DNA of 64,000 nt from Tubulanus polymorphus (GCF_964204645.1 NC_134026.1:16402150-16466149), one strand, 5' to 3'; counted from the stretch's first letter, positions 24,369 through 37,491 are shown. Notes: generated by a model from the letters alone, not told the origin. Made by a program: numbers and translations.

Positions 24369-27274
24369 TTAATAATAACACCAAGCTGTCACCGTCACTT
24401 TAAAATAGTGTGATGCAGTCACTACTTTTATTATCGTGTAGCACTCCGTCTGTTGGGCTTATTTCGGTCTGTATCTTATTTCACTGCACATGAAAGCGCG
24501 TGAATCGTGTTTCGTGTTATTTCTTACTGTGAGTGCTAACATTGATATTAACTTCAGACCTAGTCCGACACTTGGGTTACTTTATTGCCAACTTATAGCC
24601 AGTGATTATTTCAAAAAAATGTAATTTCTTTCTTAGATATGTTCAAAACGCTATGACGCTGGTAATAAGGTTATAATCGAGCTCATTGGCTGTGAAGAAA
24701 ATGAAAAACATAAGATGATTGGTCGAGCTGATTGGCATATCTATGATATGATAAAGGTGTGTATCTTGAGGTCACTGGGGGAAAGCGAGTACTATATATG
24801 CAGTGGAAAGCGCGTATCTCTTACTACGTATTTAATTCGCGAAAATAGCGTCACTTGGCAGGATAAAAGGCTCTAAGATAATAAAAACATAAGTTTTGTG
24901 TATCCAAGTTTATGTGTGCCGTAATATTTGCGAGAATCCTTCTCTGAAGTGTGAAGCTAGTTTACACCATAGGCTGGGTGTTTTCGCTCTTACGGTCCAT
25001 CATCTTAGGGCCAAATCTGGCTTTGGCCACTAAAATTTGTCGCTGCCTTTGTGGAAACAGTTCATAGCTACACACAGCCAAGGCATTTCGAAAGACTGTA
25101 AAATTAGCGCGATATTCAGTGAAAATGAGCATTGTATAATAACGCTTCTGAGTGTGCTGCAGGCGATGTGTTCTCAGAATGACGTCATCAACATCACCGC
25201 GCAAACGCGAGCGTCCTGTTGCTAGGGCCGTTGCTACCGGCTTTTCTCGACTTTGGATAAAGATATTTAAAATATTTTTTCACGAGACTACCATAGATGC
25301 ATACGGTGAATGTTTTATACAAAAAAATTAGATTTGAAATTTTTTTCAAAACCTCTACATGACCCCTTTAACAGAGATATACTCTCCCAACTGCCAATAG
25401 TTTAGTTCACTAATTTCCACGCACATGCATCTTCCAAATGGTAGCAATATGGACGATTTTTTTTTATTACATTAAGTTTTGATGTCTCCTTGTAAACCTA
25501 AACTCAACCCTAACCCTTATCATTCACATTTTAAACTATACTAGAAACCTTCCCATAAGGTTATAGGACCAGAGATTTGAAACATCAACATAAAAAAATC
25601 CACCCATTAACTGTGATTTGACCTCCATAAACCCTTCAACCAATAATCATTAAGCTATCTAGATATATTATATTTGAATGTTATATATACATAAGTGCCT
25701 TTTTGTGTTTCGAAATGCCATTATCATCCAAATCATCCGCGACTTCATAATACGCAATGAATTTATGAGAGACAATGAAAATCATGAAGACAAATGGCAG
25801 TTGGAGGGGTGGAATAACTGTCAAACGTCAGTTCTGATTGACGGGTTCACAGGTTGCCACCTGTTCTCGTAGTTTACTTTAGGTGTCGGCTGTCTACGGT
25901 TAACTGGCGTGAACACTGACCGAATAACGCAGTGTAACTCTACACACGCACTATAATGTCGTATACTGGACTTGCGCCCAAACAGCTTCTAAACGTAATG
26001 TCGAATATTTATCTTCCTTTTTTACCGTTTATATTCTCAACAATGATTTATTTTTCAATTCGTATAGCTGAGTTCCCCTCGTACGAAAGCGAAGAGTGCA
26101 GCTATGCGAAAACCTTCATGGCTGCTTTGCAGCTACATTGTGAACGCGTATTCATTTGTTACCGCAAGTCTGAATACAATCACACGAACTAATAAATGTA
26201 TTTTTCAAATATCCTACAGAAATTGTACATGGTTGAAACGTGTGAATTCCGTCGTAAGGATAAGGTGAAACATGGTATTATTCATAAACTAATTTCTCTT
26301 GGTTTGAGTGATTTGTCATAGTATCCATTGTTTCTATCATAGACTGTCGCAGAACTGGAATATGAAGCCTGTTTCTGCTATGGGACATTTGGTTATGGAT
26401 ATTCCAGCCAGGTAGGGATATATCAACAGTAGTTTTAAACGTTTTTCCACTTTCGCGTACGTAGCTCCAGTAGAGAAGAAATTTAAAATAGGGTAAAACT
26501 AACTTATCTGAGATCCTGTTGAATTCATTATTTCCTGATTCGCTATTTTCGTTTTTCTGATCTAGAAATATCTCACTTCGTGTCTTTTAGTTAGCAAATC
26601 CACTGCGAACTATCCAGGAACAAACGCAGAAATCAATGTTTTTTCGTCAGGAACCACCCCTATCAAGGAGACAAGAAGATGCGTGAGCATACTTTTAGCC
26701 GGATCTTGATAAAGCTATATGTCAAAAAAACAGAATGTCGATACAATGAACTCAATTTTGATGTTAAAAACGAATTTCCATATATCTAACCAATGTTAGA
26801 TGTATATTTCCATTAATAGACAACGTTCGGTGGCTTAATTCAATCAGATTGGTAGGATATACCTGATTAAAGGAGGTATAATGGACGGGCAGTTGAACTT
26901 ATTAATCTAATGAACTAACATTGGTTATTATCCATTTGACACTGTATCGCAGGATCGGCCAAAAATTGTTGTGAAACGAGAAGCGCATGGCGCCTTTACG
27001 CATGCGATGCGATGAAAAAGCTGGGTCATATGCGTCCAGTGCGTACGCCGTTAGAAAAATTGGTCGATCTATTTCCTACTCTGCACCCGAGACGTACGCG
27101 ACTGCGCAGTGTCTAATTGTAAGATAATCTTCGCCGCATAGCCTTACTGACGTAGTGTAGGTCCACTTGCATTTTTATCGCATCTAGCGGTTGCAAATAA
27201 TATGCTAACGAGAAATGATATAAATTACGCACCCCGTGGCCACGTGCTCTACGAAAGTCACCCATAAAGATACA

Positions 27275-27845
27275 AGTAATAGGGGTTTAGTTGGTTCAAG
27301 CCAAAGGTCGAACGGTCGAGCCCATTAAAAAACAAATATTAAAAGTAATTTAAAACTATAATATATTTTCATAGCCGTGTGCATTTTATATTATAACTAA
27401 ATATTTATTCTAAGATATTAATAATTTAAATTTTAAAAGCATATTAGTCGCTCCGCTTCGCTCCCGCTCCGCTCCGCGACCAATCGATTTATTTACAATA
27501 CACAAATTCATATAATCAAATATATTTTAATAATAATAATTATTCTATTATTCAACTGAAATACACACGGCTATGAAAATATATTGTAGTTTTAAATTAC
27601 TTTTAATATTTGTTTTTTAATGAACTCGACCATTCAACCTTTAACCTGAACCAACTAAACCCCTATTACTCTTTAAATATCTATATATATGAATAACATT
27701 TGAATTGACAGATTATTCAATATAAAAGTGTGAGCTCTTATAGAATAGATATATAGATATATTTTAAACATTATTTCAATATTTATATTTGTATGAGTTA
27801 GATTTTTAAACATTAAAAGTGTTAGTAAAGTGGGATTGAAATAAT
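27275..27845. repeat. Left TIR, containing the hairpin module 27275-27670
   Basis: Reverse complement of 41782-42324; internal inverted arms of about 110 bp at 27275-27385 and 27560-27670. Confidence 0.95.
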
Positions 27846-27902
27846 ACATACATAAATCATTGAACTTCTAAAATCAATTTTAATAAAAAATTTAGTATTG
27901 AA

Positions 27903-28173
27903 ATGGAAGCAAATAAGTACTACTGTCCAACATGTAATATCAATATAGATAAATCCCAAAAATCAAGACACAATAAAACTAAAACACATTTAGAGAATAA
28001 ATTGAAACTAGAATATAAAGATGATATATTCGAAACTAAATTAGATGAATTAAAGAATGAAAAAGAAACATACAAATGTGATACATGTAATCAATCATTC
28101 AGTGATAAAAGATATTATAATGAACATTTAAAATCTAAAAGTCATATTAGAAATATGAATAATGATATTTTAG

Positions 28174-28209
<36 letters not shown>

Positions 28210-31200
28210 TTGATAATGATAACGATAAGAAACATATGACAATTAAAAGAATAAGAAATAAATTAAACAATAAAAGACCATACATGGAAGATGTAAGAAA
28301 TTATATTAATTCATTAGATAATAAAAAAAATATAGAGATAACTGAAGCATTTAAAAGTGATATTGGTCCAGCAGCTATCGAGTTTAAATTTCATAAAGGA
28401 AAAACATTAGAAGAAAATAAAAAACATTTAGAAAATATGAAAGAAATAATAAAAATAATAACTGATGTTGAATACCCTCAAATTAGTATATCTTCTAAAG
28501 TCAAGTTTATAAAATCTGAAGATAAACCAATATATAATATAAATTCTCATTCACAACATATTATATCTAAACAACATACAGATGAAAAATTAGATAAATG
28601 TTTTAATGAAGTAAAAACTAAAATAGAAGAGAAATATTTTGAAGGATCTGTTTTAATATTTGATGAAATAATATTTATGACTTTACATATTTATAACACA
28701 AAATATAATAAGTTAACTAAATCGAAACCAATAGATGAAAATAATGTATCATATTATAAAGAACCAGATATTGAAGCATCGAGTTATATTAAACGACCAT
28801 TTAAAACTAATGCTGTTATAAATGTACAAAATGAAGATGATAAATGTTTTCTATGGGCAATAATTAGTTGTTTACACCCAGTTGAAGATTATAAACAACA
28901 TAGTTTTAGATTAACTCATTATAAACCATTTGAAAATAATTATAAGATAGATAAGTATCCTGTTAGAATTAAAAACATCCCAAAAATAGAAAGAGATAAT
29001 AATATAAATATAAATGTATTTGATTTAATCAAATTACCAAATACAAAAGGTAACAATATAAAACATTATACATTTGAACCTTTATACCTATCAAAAGATT
29101 ATGATTCAAACGATGTTATAGATATATTATATTATGAGAATCATTATATGTGTATTAAAAGAATTGATTTATTCTTTAAATCAGAAAATGATTTTGATAA
29201 TAAAATATATCTATGCAGAAAATGTTTACATAAATTCAGAACTGAAAGTGCATTATTAAATCATAAACAATTATGTGAAAATCATGATTATTGTAAATTA
29301 GTTTTACCAAATGAAAAAGATAAAATATTAGAATTCAAAAAATATGATTACAGAAATAAAGTTCAATTTGTCATATATGGAGATTTTGAAACATTAAATA
29401 AAGAACTAACTGATCAAGATAGAAAAGAAATATATTATAAAAGAAAGAAATTAAATTCTAATGAAAATGATTTTTCAGATGAAACACCAAAAACAAATAC
29501 AATTAAAAAGATTCATCAATCAGCTGCTGCTTTCGGGTTATATATAAAATCTGATTATCCAGAACTCATTGAAAGTGAATATTATCATTATAGAAATGAA
29601 AATGTTATCAATCATTTTTTGTGACTTATTAATTGAATATGAAATAAGATTTAGTAAATCATGGAATACAAATAAAGAAATTATAATGACAGAAGAAGAT
29701 AAAGAAGAATTTTTGTTTGCAGGTAAATGTTATTATTGTGAAAAGATATTTAATTATAAAGATAAAAAAGTAAGAGACCATGATCATTTGAACGGAAAGT
29801 TTAGAGGCGCTGTACATGAGAATTGTTACTTACAAGCTAAGAAAATTAAGTTTGTACCAGTTATATTTCATAATCTATCAGGATATGATGCACATTTATT
29901 TATCAAACAGTTATGCCATAAAATAGAAGAAATCAATAATGAAATAGAAAGATAAAATTCAGATAGATCAAAAGATTAAATACCAACTTACAAATTTAAA
30001 ATGTTAGCTAGAACATCTGAGAATTATATATCATTCCAATTTGGCTGCCTAAGATTTATAGATTCATATAGATTTTTAGATAGTTAATTAGATAACTTAT
30101 CAAAATCATTAGTTGATGATGAATTAAAAATATTAAAACAACACTACCCAAATAATGATGATTTCCAATTAATGAGATATAAAGGAGCGATTCCATATTC
30201 TATCTATAAAAATCATAATGATTTCAAAATAACTAAACTTAAAAAGGAACAATTTTATGATGAATTAAAAAATGAATATGTTAAAGATGGAGTTTTTGAT
30301 AGAACGAATAATATATGGAATCATTTTAGAATAAAAAACCATGGTAAATTAGTAGATTTGTATCTAAAATCTGATGTTTTATTATTATCGGATATATTCG
30401 AAAGGTTTAGAGATGTAAACCTAAAATATTTTAACATTGATCCATGTCATTGTTATTCATCACCAGGTTTAACATGGGATTGTGGATTAAAATTTACAGA
30501 TATAAAAATGGATTTGTTAACAAATATAGATCAATTATTATTATTTGAAAAATCTATAAGAGGAGGAGTTTCGGGTATATTAGGTGATAGATATTTCAAT
30601 GTAAATGATAACCCCGGATATAAGTTATTATATATAGATGCAAATAATTTGTATGGATGGGCAATGATGGAACCACAACCTTATGGAGTATTTGAAATAA
30701 GTGAAGTTTTACAACATGAAAATAATGATAAATTTGATTGGAAGAAAAGAATTCTAGATATTGCAGATGATTCAGATACTGGTTACTTTTTGTTGTAGAT
30801 TTAGAATACCCTGAACATATTAAATTTGAATCTAGAAATCTAGCATACTGTCCAGAACATAAAACTGTAACTCATGAAGAATTATCAAATTATCAAAAAA
30901 GAATTAAACCCGAAAATCATATTCATACAGAAAAGTTAATGGTAACTCAAGAAGATAAATATAATTATGTAGTACATTATAGAATGTTAAAGTTTTATCT
31001 AAAACAAGGAATGATCCTAAAAAAGTACATAGATATATTTCATTTAGCCAATCTAAATGGTTAGAAAAATATATAGATTTTAACACCAAACAGAGAACTG
31101 AAGCTAAAACTGATTTCGAGAAAGATTTCTTCAAGTTAATGAATAATGCATTCTTTGGTAAGACTTGTGAAAATATTAGAAATAGAAATGATATTGAGTT

Positions 31201-31968
31201 AGTTAGTAATGGTAAAAGGATAAGGCATTTACAATCATATCCTAAGTTTTTAGGTAACAGAATATTTGATGAAAATTTAGCTGCAGTTAAGATGAGAAGA
31301 ACATCTATGAAATTTAACAAACCAATCTATGTTGGCGCTTCAGTTTTAGAATTATTAAAATTACTAATGTATGAATTCTATTATAATGTATTACAACCAC
31401 TTTTTGGAGAAAAGCATATCGAAATATTATATTTTGATACAGATTCTTACATATTAAAGCTAAAACTAATAACATAACAGATGATTTAAAAACATTAAAA
31501 CATCATTTTGATTTCAGTAACTATCCTAAAGATCATGAATTGTTTAGCAACGATAATAAAAAAGTTCCCGGTAAATTCAAAGATGAATTAGGTGGTGAAG
31601 AAATGATTGAATTCATTGGTATTAGATCTAAAATGTATTCATATAAAACTAAAGAACATGAAGCTAAAAAGTTAAAAGGAATAACCAAAAGTGTAGTAGA
31701 AAAGAATATTCATTTCAAAGATTACATCAATTGTATATTCAATGAAGAAGTTAGAAAACATAAGATGAGATGTTTAAGATCTGAGTACCACAAAATGTTT
31801 ATTGAAGAAATAGAGAAGATAAGTTTGAATCCATTTGATGATAAAAGATATATTTTAGATGATGGAATTCATACAGTTGCTTATGGTTGTAATTTAGATG
31901 AATGCTTAAAATTTAAAAGAGAAGAAACAAAAGAGAACGAGATAATGAAAAGAATTCTAACGTGTTAA
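27903..31968 (+). pseudogene. pPolB (C2H2 fingers, putative terminal-protein/OTU-like protease region, Exo with CxxC..DHDH insertion, Pol), fragmented
   Basis: DDKCFLW...ENHY; YGDFE; CYYCE...RDHDHLNGKFRG; HNLSGYDAH; YLKSDV; YIDANNLYGWAM; MNNAFFGK; YFDTDS. Confidence 0.95.
28176..28208 (+). repeat. (TAT)11 microsatellite inside pPolB
   Basis: GYYYYYYYYYYYFD here versus GEDYFD in copy A. Confidence 0.9.
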
Positions 31969-32000
31969 TCAAATTTTAATAAAAAAAATATGTATTATAA

Positions 32001-32354
32001 ATGGAAAGTAAACAAGCAAACAGTGAGAACAACAAATCATTTCTAGATAGAATAAAAGATGCTTCAAATGTCAAATCAGTAGATTATAAATTTAAGAAGT
32101 TAAAAGAATTAATAATCCATAAGAAATATCTAATTACAAATATTGATACAGTTACTAACAAATATGGAGATGAATTAGTTATACACTTAGAATATGAAGG
32201 ATTAAAAGGAAATACATATAAATTCAGAACATATTTACCAGATAGATTTCATAGATTATCAAGTGAAGATTAAGAAGAATTATGTTCTGGTGATTTCTAT
32301 TTCGTATACAAAGGTAAGAATGAAAAAGGCCACCATGAAATAGATTTCGAATAA
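32001..32354 (+). pseudogene. Polinton small protein (117 codons, one premature stop); beta-rich, possibly OB-fold-like
   Basis: Frame continues past the stop at 32271-32273 to 32354; fold assignment is a guess. Confidence 0.65.
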
Positions 32355-32368
32355 AATATATAAAATAA

Positions 32369-33127
32369 ATGGCGGAATTAAAAGAATACAGAATATTTGT
32401 TGATTCTAGAAGACTTTCAAATTATAAATCACATAATTTACTAGTACAATTAGATAGAGAATTCAAGAATTGTGTTGATTTAAAATTAGTTAATATAAGT
32501 TTATGTAATTCTTTTTACAATGTATCGGATAAAACTATTGAACATAGAGTCTTTTTAATTCATGATAGAAATAAAAGTAAATGGTTTCATCTTTATCTTA
32601 AACCAGGATTATATAATTTAGATACATTAGCGCAGGAAATTAATAGAAGAGCTCGGTTGAAAATGGGTGCATCTGCTGGATTTGGATTAAGACTGATTAA
32701 AAGTGATAGCTCCGATAAAATAAGGATAAAATTAGGTAATGAAGATCAACATCAATTTCTAGTTAAAAAACCTTTTGCTTAAATTTTAGGAATAACCCCA
32801 GATGTAGGGATACGCAATGCTGATGCTACACCAAACTTAATACCTTTTACACACTTTTATATTTATTGCAATTTAATTGATCCTACAAAAATATTCGAAG
32901 CAACTAAAGATATAACTTGTAATTCTGGTTTACTAAACATTTTACCATTGAAGAATGTTAAAGAATTTGGAACGCAAATAAATCATAATTTAGCCGAGTG
33001 TGATTTCAAACCATGCATTCCTAAATTTAATAATTTTAAATTAGAAATAAGAAATCATAATGGATACTTAATTGATTTAAATAATTTCCCTGTAATTTAT
33101 GAATTAGTTATAAGATGTAGAGAGTAA
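32369..33127 (+). pseudogene. Minor capsid (penton)-like protein, one premature stop
   Basis: RIFVDS...LVNISLCNSFYNV...LKPGLY...YIYCNLID...IRNHNGYLIDLN pattern resembles Polinton pentons; 253 codons in one frame. Confidence 0.7.
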
Positions 33128-33144
33128 TATTTTTCACTATATAA

Positions 33145-33485
33145 ATGAATATAACTGTTGGACCGAGTATATGTTTTGGGTTTGATTTTAAACATGGTAA
33201 AGAAATAAGAATTAAACTAAATGATGTAATTACTGATATAAAAATAAATCATATAACAATGCATCAATGATTAATAAAGAAAATTATAATATAGAAAAAG
33301 TAATTGATTTAATTAAAACGCCTTTAGAATATTATGAATTAAATGAAGATGGAATTATTGATGATATTAAAAACATATCCAAAATATATGATAATCATAA
33401 AAGTAGTAATGAAATAAATGTTGAAATAATCATAAATAAGATAACTAAATATTTTGATGATGTAATTTTTTTGATAAATAAATGA
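33145..33485 (+). pseudogene. Hypothetical protein, frameshifted homolog of 1210-1566
   Basis: MNITVGPSICFGFDFK start and SNEINVE..INKITKYFDD end are shared with copy A. Confidence 0.7.
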
Positions 33486-33703
33486 GTGATAATAAGTGGA
33501 TAATAACTGGATTATATAATGGAGCATTACTATCAGTTGGAACTGTTGGTTATTCAATGGTATTAAAAAAAGTATTTAAAATGGGAAGTGTTAATGTTGA
33601 TAGATTTGATATAAATGATATCTTAAAATTAACGTTAGCAGTTACTTTATCTAATTTAACTATTGATTATTTGGAAAAACAAAAATATATTCCTCCCATA
33701 TAA
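33482..33703 (+). CDS. 73-aa small hydrophobic Polinton protein
   Basis: Intact and conserved with copy A. Confidence 0.85.
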   Translation: MSDNKWIITGLYNGALLSVGTVGYSMVLKKVFKMGSVNVDRFDINDILKLTLAVTLSNLTIDYLEKQKYIPPI

Positions 33704-33727
33704 ATACATAATTATTTTACTAAATAA

Positions 33728-34150
33728 ATGGCTTCTGCAGTTATAACTATTATAGGATCGGCAATTGTTAACGCTTTAGTATTTACTGGTTGTGGTTATT
33801 TGTTTAAACATATTGATAAAAATGGATCATTAACAGAACAAAAAAGACATAACTTAGCATTAGAGAAATACAATAAAGCAGCAGAAGAATATAGAGAAAA
33901 AAGACAAAACTATATGGATTATATTAACAAGGAATTATATGATCAGAAGATTTCACATAGAGATTTTCAATCAGTTGATGATGCAATGAGTTTATATAAC
34001 GCGGTAACCAATAAAGAAAAATTACATCTACATAAACCTACAATATCAGATTATTATACCCCAAGTAATGAACAGAAGAAATATGAAATTATTTGGATTT
34101 TAGGTGGAACTGTTATTGTCATATTTGTAGCATATAGGTTTACTAATTAG
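33728..34150 (+). CDS. 140-aa Polinton membrane/coiled-coil protein
   Basis: Intact and conserved with copy A. Confidence 0.85.
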   Translation: MASAVITIIGSAIVNALVFTGCGYLFKHIDKNGSLTEQKRHNLALEKYNKAAEEYREKRQNYMDYINKELYDQKISHRDFQSVDDAMSLYNAVTNKEKLHLHKPTISDYYTPSNEQKKYEIIWILGGTVIVIFVAYRFTN

Positions 34151-34170
34151 TAATTTTTTTTGCTAAATAA

Positions 34171-34588
34171 ATGGATGATAATATTGATATTATTCCTCAT
34201 GATATAAATAAAACTAAATTAAAAACATATTTAGAAAAACAAATATTAGAATTTGAAAGTGACTTAAAAATTAAAAAGAAAAAATATTTAAAATCTAAGA
34301 TTATATATTATCTTATTATTAGTGGTTCGGTTACAATTAGTTCTGTAATAACATTTCTAGCAATATTTTCACCATTAACAGCTTTAGCTATATCAATTGG
34401 TGTATTAGGATTAATGTGTTTTAACTGGTATAAGTTCAAAATTAAATATAAAAAGTAATGAAGAAAAAATTAAAACTAATATAAAAGAAATTAATAAATT
34501 AAAGAATACACTAGATAATATAAGTTTAAATGGTCATATAACAGTTGAAGAACAAGATGAATTATTAAAAGAATTAATAAATTATTAA
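34171..34588 (+). pseudogene. Two-TM Polinton protein, frameshifted
   Basis: Homolog of 103-518 with a different lesion. Confidence 0.7.
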
Positions 34589-34604
34589 TTTTTTTATTAT
34601 ATAA

Positions 34605-34900
34605 ATGGTAGATAGTTTTCCAAAAGCTTTCCAATATAATAAATCAATTAAATATAATATTCCTGCAATAGATTTTAATAAAGATATTACATATAGAAAT
34701 GAAGTTTTAAATTCATTAATTGATTTATATATTTATGTTACTGAAAGTAATAATTTTCATGTAAAGATGGAAAATATATTTCATGTGTATACAATTAATT
34801 TTAGAATTTAAATGAGGCAAAACAATGGTTATTAAAATCTAATATGAAATACTAAATTAGCTTAAACTTGTATAGGAATTGTAATCGGAGGAATATTATA
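34605..34900 (+). pseudogene. Small hypothetical Polinton protein (3' end approximate)
   Basis: TAAATG start; homolog begins at 86 on the minus strand in copy A. Confidence 0.55.
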
Positions 34901-34929
34901 TTTTAAATTTTAATTTTTTTATTATGTAA

Positions 34930-35930
34930 ATGGCAGAAGGAGGTGGAGAAGATTATGAAATGGAAAACAATGGAAATAATGATGATGATAATACTAACAG
35001 TGATGATTATATGTCTGCTGATACTAATATTGATAATGATGATGAATCAGCATATAATTCTAATTTAACAGATAGTGGTTCTTAAGCCCCATCAACAGTT
35101 GAAAATGATAGAAGAACTAGATCGAGAATAGCTCCTGAAAATTTTAATCCAGATTTAGAAAGACAAGATTTAGAAAATAAAAAATTTATTGATGATTTTA
35201 AAACCTATATTTAAAGATTCTGGATATAATATAAATGCCAATTTTTCAATGGTGAATATTATTATCATTTGAAAGATGATTATTATATTAATATCACTTA
35301 TAAAAAACAAGAAAAAATATTAGCAGAATCAACTTTGTTTAAGTAAGACCCATCTAGAATTAAAAGAATAAGAAATAGTAATGAAATAGAAAATGTAACA
35401 CAAGAAGAAATTATTAAAAATGAAAGAGTATTTAAACAAAGAATTAATAAATTATTTGAAACAATCGATAATAATTTAGAACCAGAAACAATTCTTAAAG
35501 AAGTTATTAATTCCAAAACTAGTAAACCTAAATCAAACGAAGTTCAAACTGAAAAACTTTTACAGAAGGGATTACTTGATGCAACAGATCAAGAAATAGA
35601 AGTTTTAAGTATGTTTTCTGATAAAGCAATTAGAGAAATTATTAGTATACGAAATGAAGCTGATAAAATTGCGTGCGATAAAAATATTAGATATAATGAA
35701 ATTAAACCTTTAGAAAATAAATTATTTGACACCAGAAAAGAATTAGAACAATTAAAATTAGATAGAGAATTTAAAGTTATTGAAGAAATTGAATTTAAAA
35801 AAAGAAATGCATATTTAGAAAAAGAAATTGATGATTTAGAATATAACATAGAATTTCAGAAAGAAAAAATGAAATTATTATTAAAATCATATGATTATTG
35901 TATTAATAGATTAAAAGTTGTTGTTAAAGA
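34930..35930 (+). pseudogene. Large acidic/coiled-coil protein (MAEGGGED...), broken and apparently 3'-truncated
   Basis: TAAATG start at 34930; internal stops and a frameshift; coiled-coil ORF from 35611. Confidence 0.6.
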
Positions 35931-35937
35931 GTTAATA

Positions 35938-36117
35938 CTACATCTAATAATGCAATACTTTCTACATCTAATAATGCAATACCTTCTACATCTAATAATG
36001 CAATACCTTCTACATCTAATAATGTAATACCTTCTACATCTAATAATGCAATACCTTCTACATCTAATAATGTACCTTCTACATCTAATAATGCAATACC
36101 TTCTACATCTAATAATG
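35938..36117 (+). repeat. 24-bp tandem repeat, 8 copies (PSTSNNAI in one frame)
   Basis: CTACATCTAATAATGCAATACCTT units. Confidence 0.92.
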
Positions 36118-36673
36118 AAATAATATTAAATATTAGTGGAAATAGAACTTATTGTGATTATTGTAAAGGTGAATTTTCAAACGCCCCATCAAATTGGAAT
36201 AAAAATATGAATACAAAGGTACATATTACTAATGTTATAGAACGTGTTGGTTTAAGAGAATTTATAGAACACCGTTTAGATATGTTACAAAGTTTGTTTC
36301 AAATAAAAAAGTAAATGGTAAAGAATTATATGAACATTTATTATTAGCAACACCTAATAAAGATGAATTAGATTTAACCGATGCTAATAAAATATTAGGA
36401 GCAAACACTGTAAATGAAATATTAGGAGCAAACACTAATAAAGATGATAATGAAAATATAGTTACAGATAAGCATATTGATAATAAAGATTCTATGAAAC
36501 AGAAAGTAGAAAATAATGATAAATTTGATTGGATGAATAAGCATAACAATGAAACAACTATTGATGATGCGGTAAAAAGGACGAAGAATAAGCATAAAAA
36601 TAAAACAACTCTTAATGAAGATACGGTAGAGAATTTGGGAAAATTGTTAGGGTATGATAGTGAAAGTGATTAA
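36118..36673 (+). pseudogene. 3' fragment of a gene with a zinc-finger-like motif
   Basis: GNRTYCDYCKGEFSN...KVH, ending LGKLLGYDSESD*. Confidence 0.45.
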
Positions 36674-36761
36674 AATATTAATGATATTTAACTCAAATAA
36701 TAATATTGGTTGAAAATTGTATAGAATAATAGTAAATAAAAAGGGGGTTTTAAGTATTTAA

Positions 36762-36876
36762 GGTATCTAATCTAATGGGGTATCTAATTGGGTATCTAAT
36801 AGGGTACTAGGTATTACGGTATCTAATTGGTATCTAATACATAGGTAACTAATAGGGTATCTAATATATAGGTATA
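36762..36876. repeat. GGTATCTAAT motif cluster between the convergent gene blocks
   Basis: About 5 exact and several degenerate copies. Confidence 0.7.
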
Positions 36877-36883
36877 TAAATAG

Positions 36884-37491
36884 TTATTTTATAAATTTAT
36901 ATTCATATGGAAATTGAAGCCTCAGTAATAATTTTGAACCTTTATTATTCTTTAATTTATTCATATATTCATCATGTAATTCAGTAGGTATAATTTGATT
37001 TTCTAATGATTGTTGCATAGATTTTTTATCTTTGTTATAAAATAAAACTAGAAATCTTATATTCTCCCTAAAGTCTTTAACAATTGAATTATATTTTTGA
37101 TTTAAAACCCATGTTGTTATCCCGAAATGTCTCCCAGAAAAAGCTAAATAACATAGCTCACTTTCTCTCACTTTTGAATCATGTAAATTTGCGCAATCAT
37201 CTATAATGAATAATGTATTTGATCCTTTATAAGTATCAATCGCTATTTTAATACAATTATCTAAATTTTCTTTTACTGTTTTAGGATCTAATATAATAAA
37301 CTTTTTCATCTTAACTATATCTCTATTATATGTTTTATTCATTTCATAAGTAGGACAGAATAATATTATATTATCAAAATGATTCTTATAAATAGTTACT
37401 AACAAATCTAATATGAAATGTGTTTTACCACAGTTTGTTACTCCAGTAACTAACATATTATGTGGTTCAAATATAATAAATCTTTATTCAT
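36884..37491 (-). CDS. A32/FtsK-like DNA packaging ATPase (frameshift just after the predicted start at 37491)
   Basis: Walker A GVTNCGKT, Walker B LFIIDD, GRHFGIT motif, LNQKY. Confidence 0.9.

Noticed and set aside
30904-31320. Antisense ORFs over pPolB and other Polinton genes (also 35298-35849, 36262-36549, 37413-37661)
   Set aside because: Shadow frames of sense coding regions
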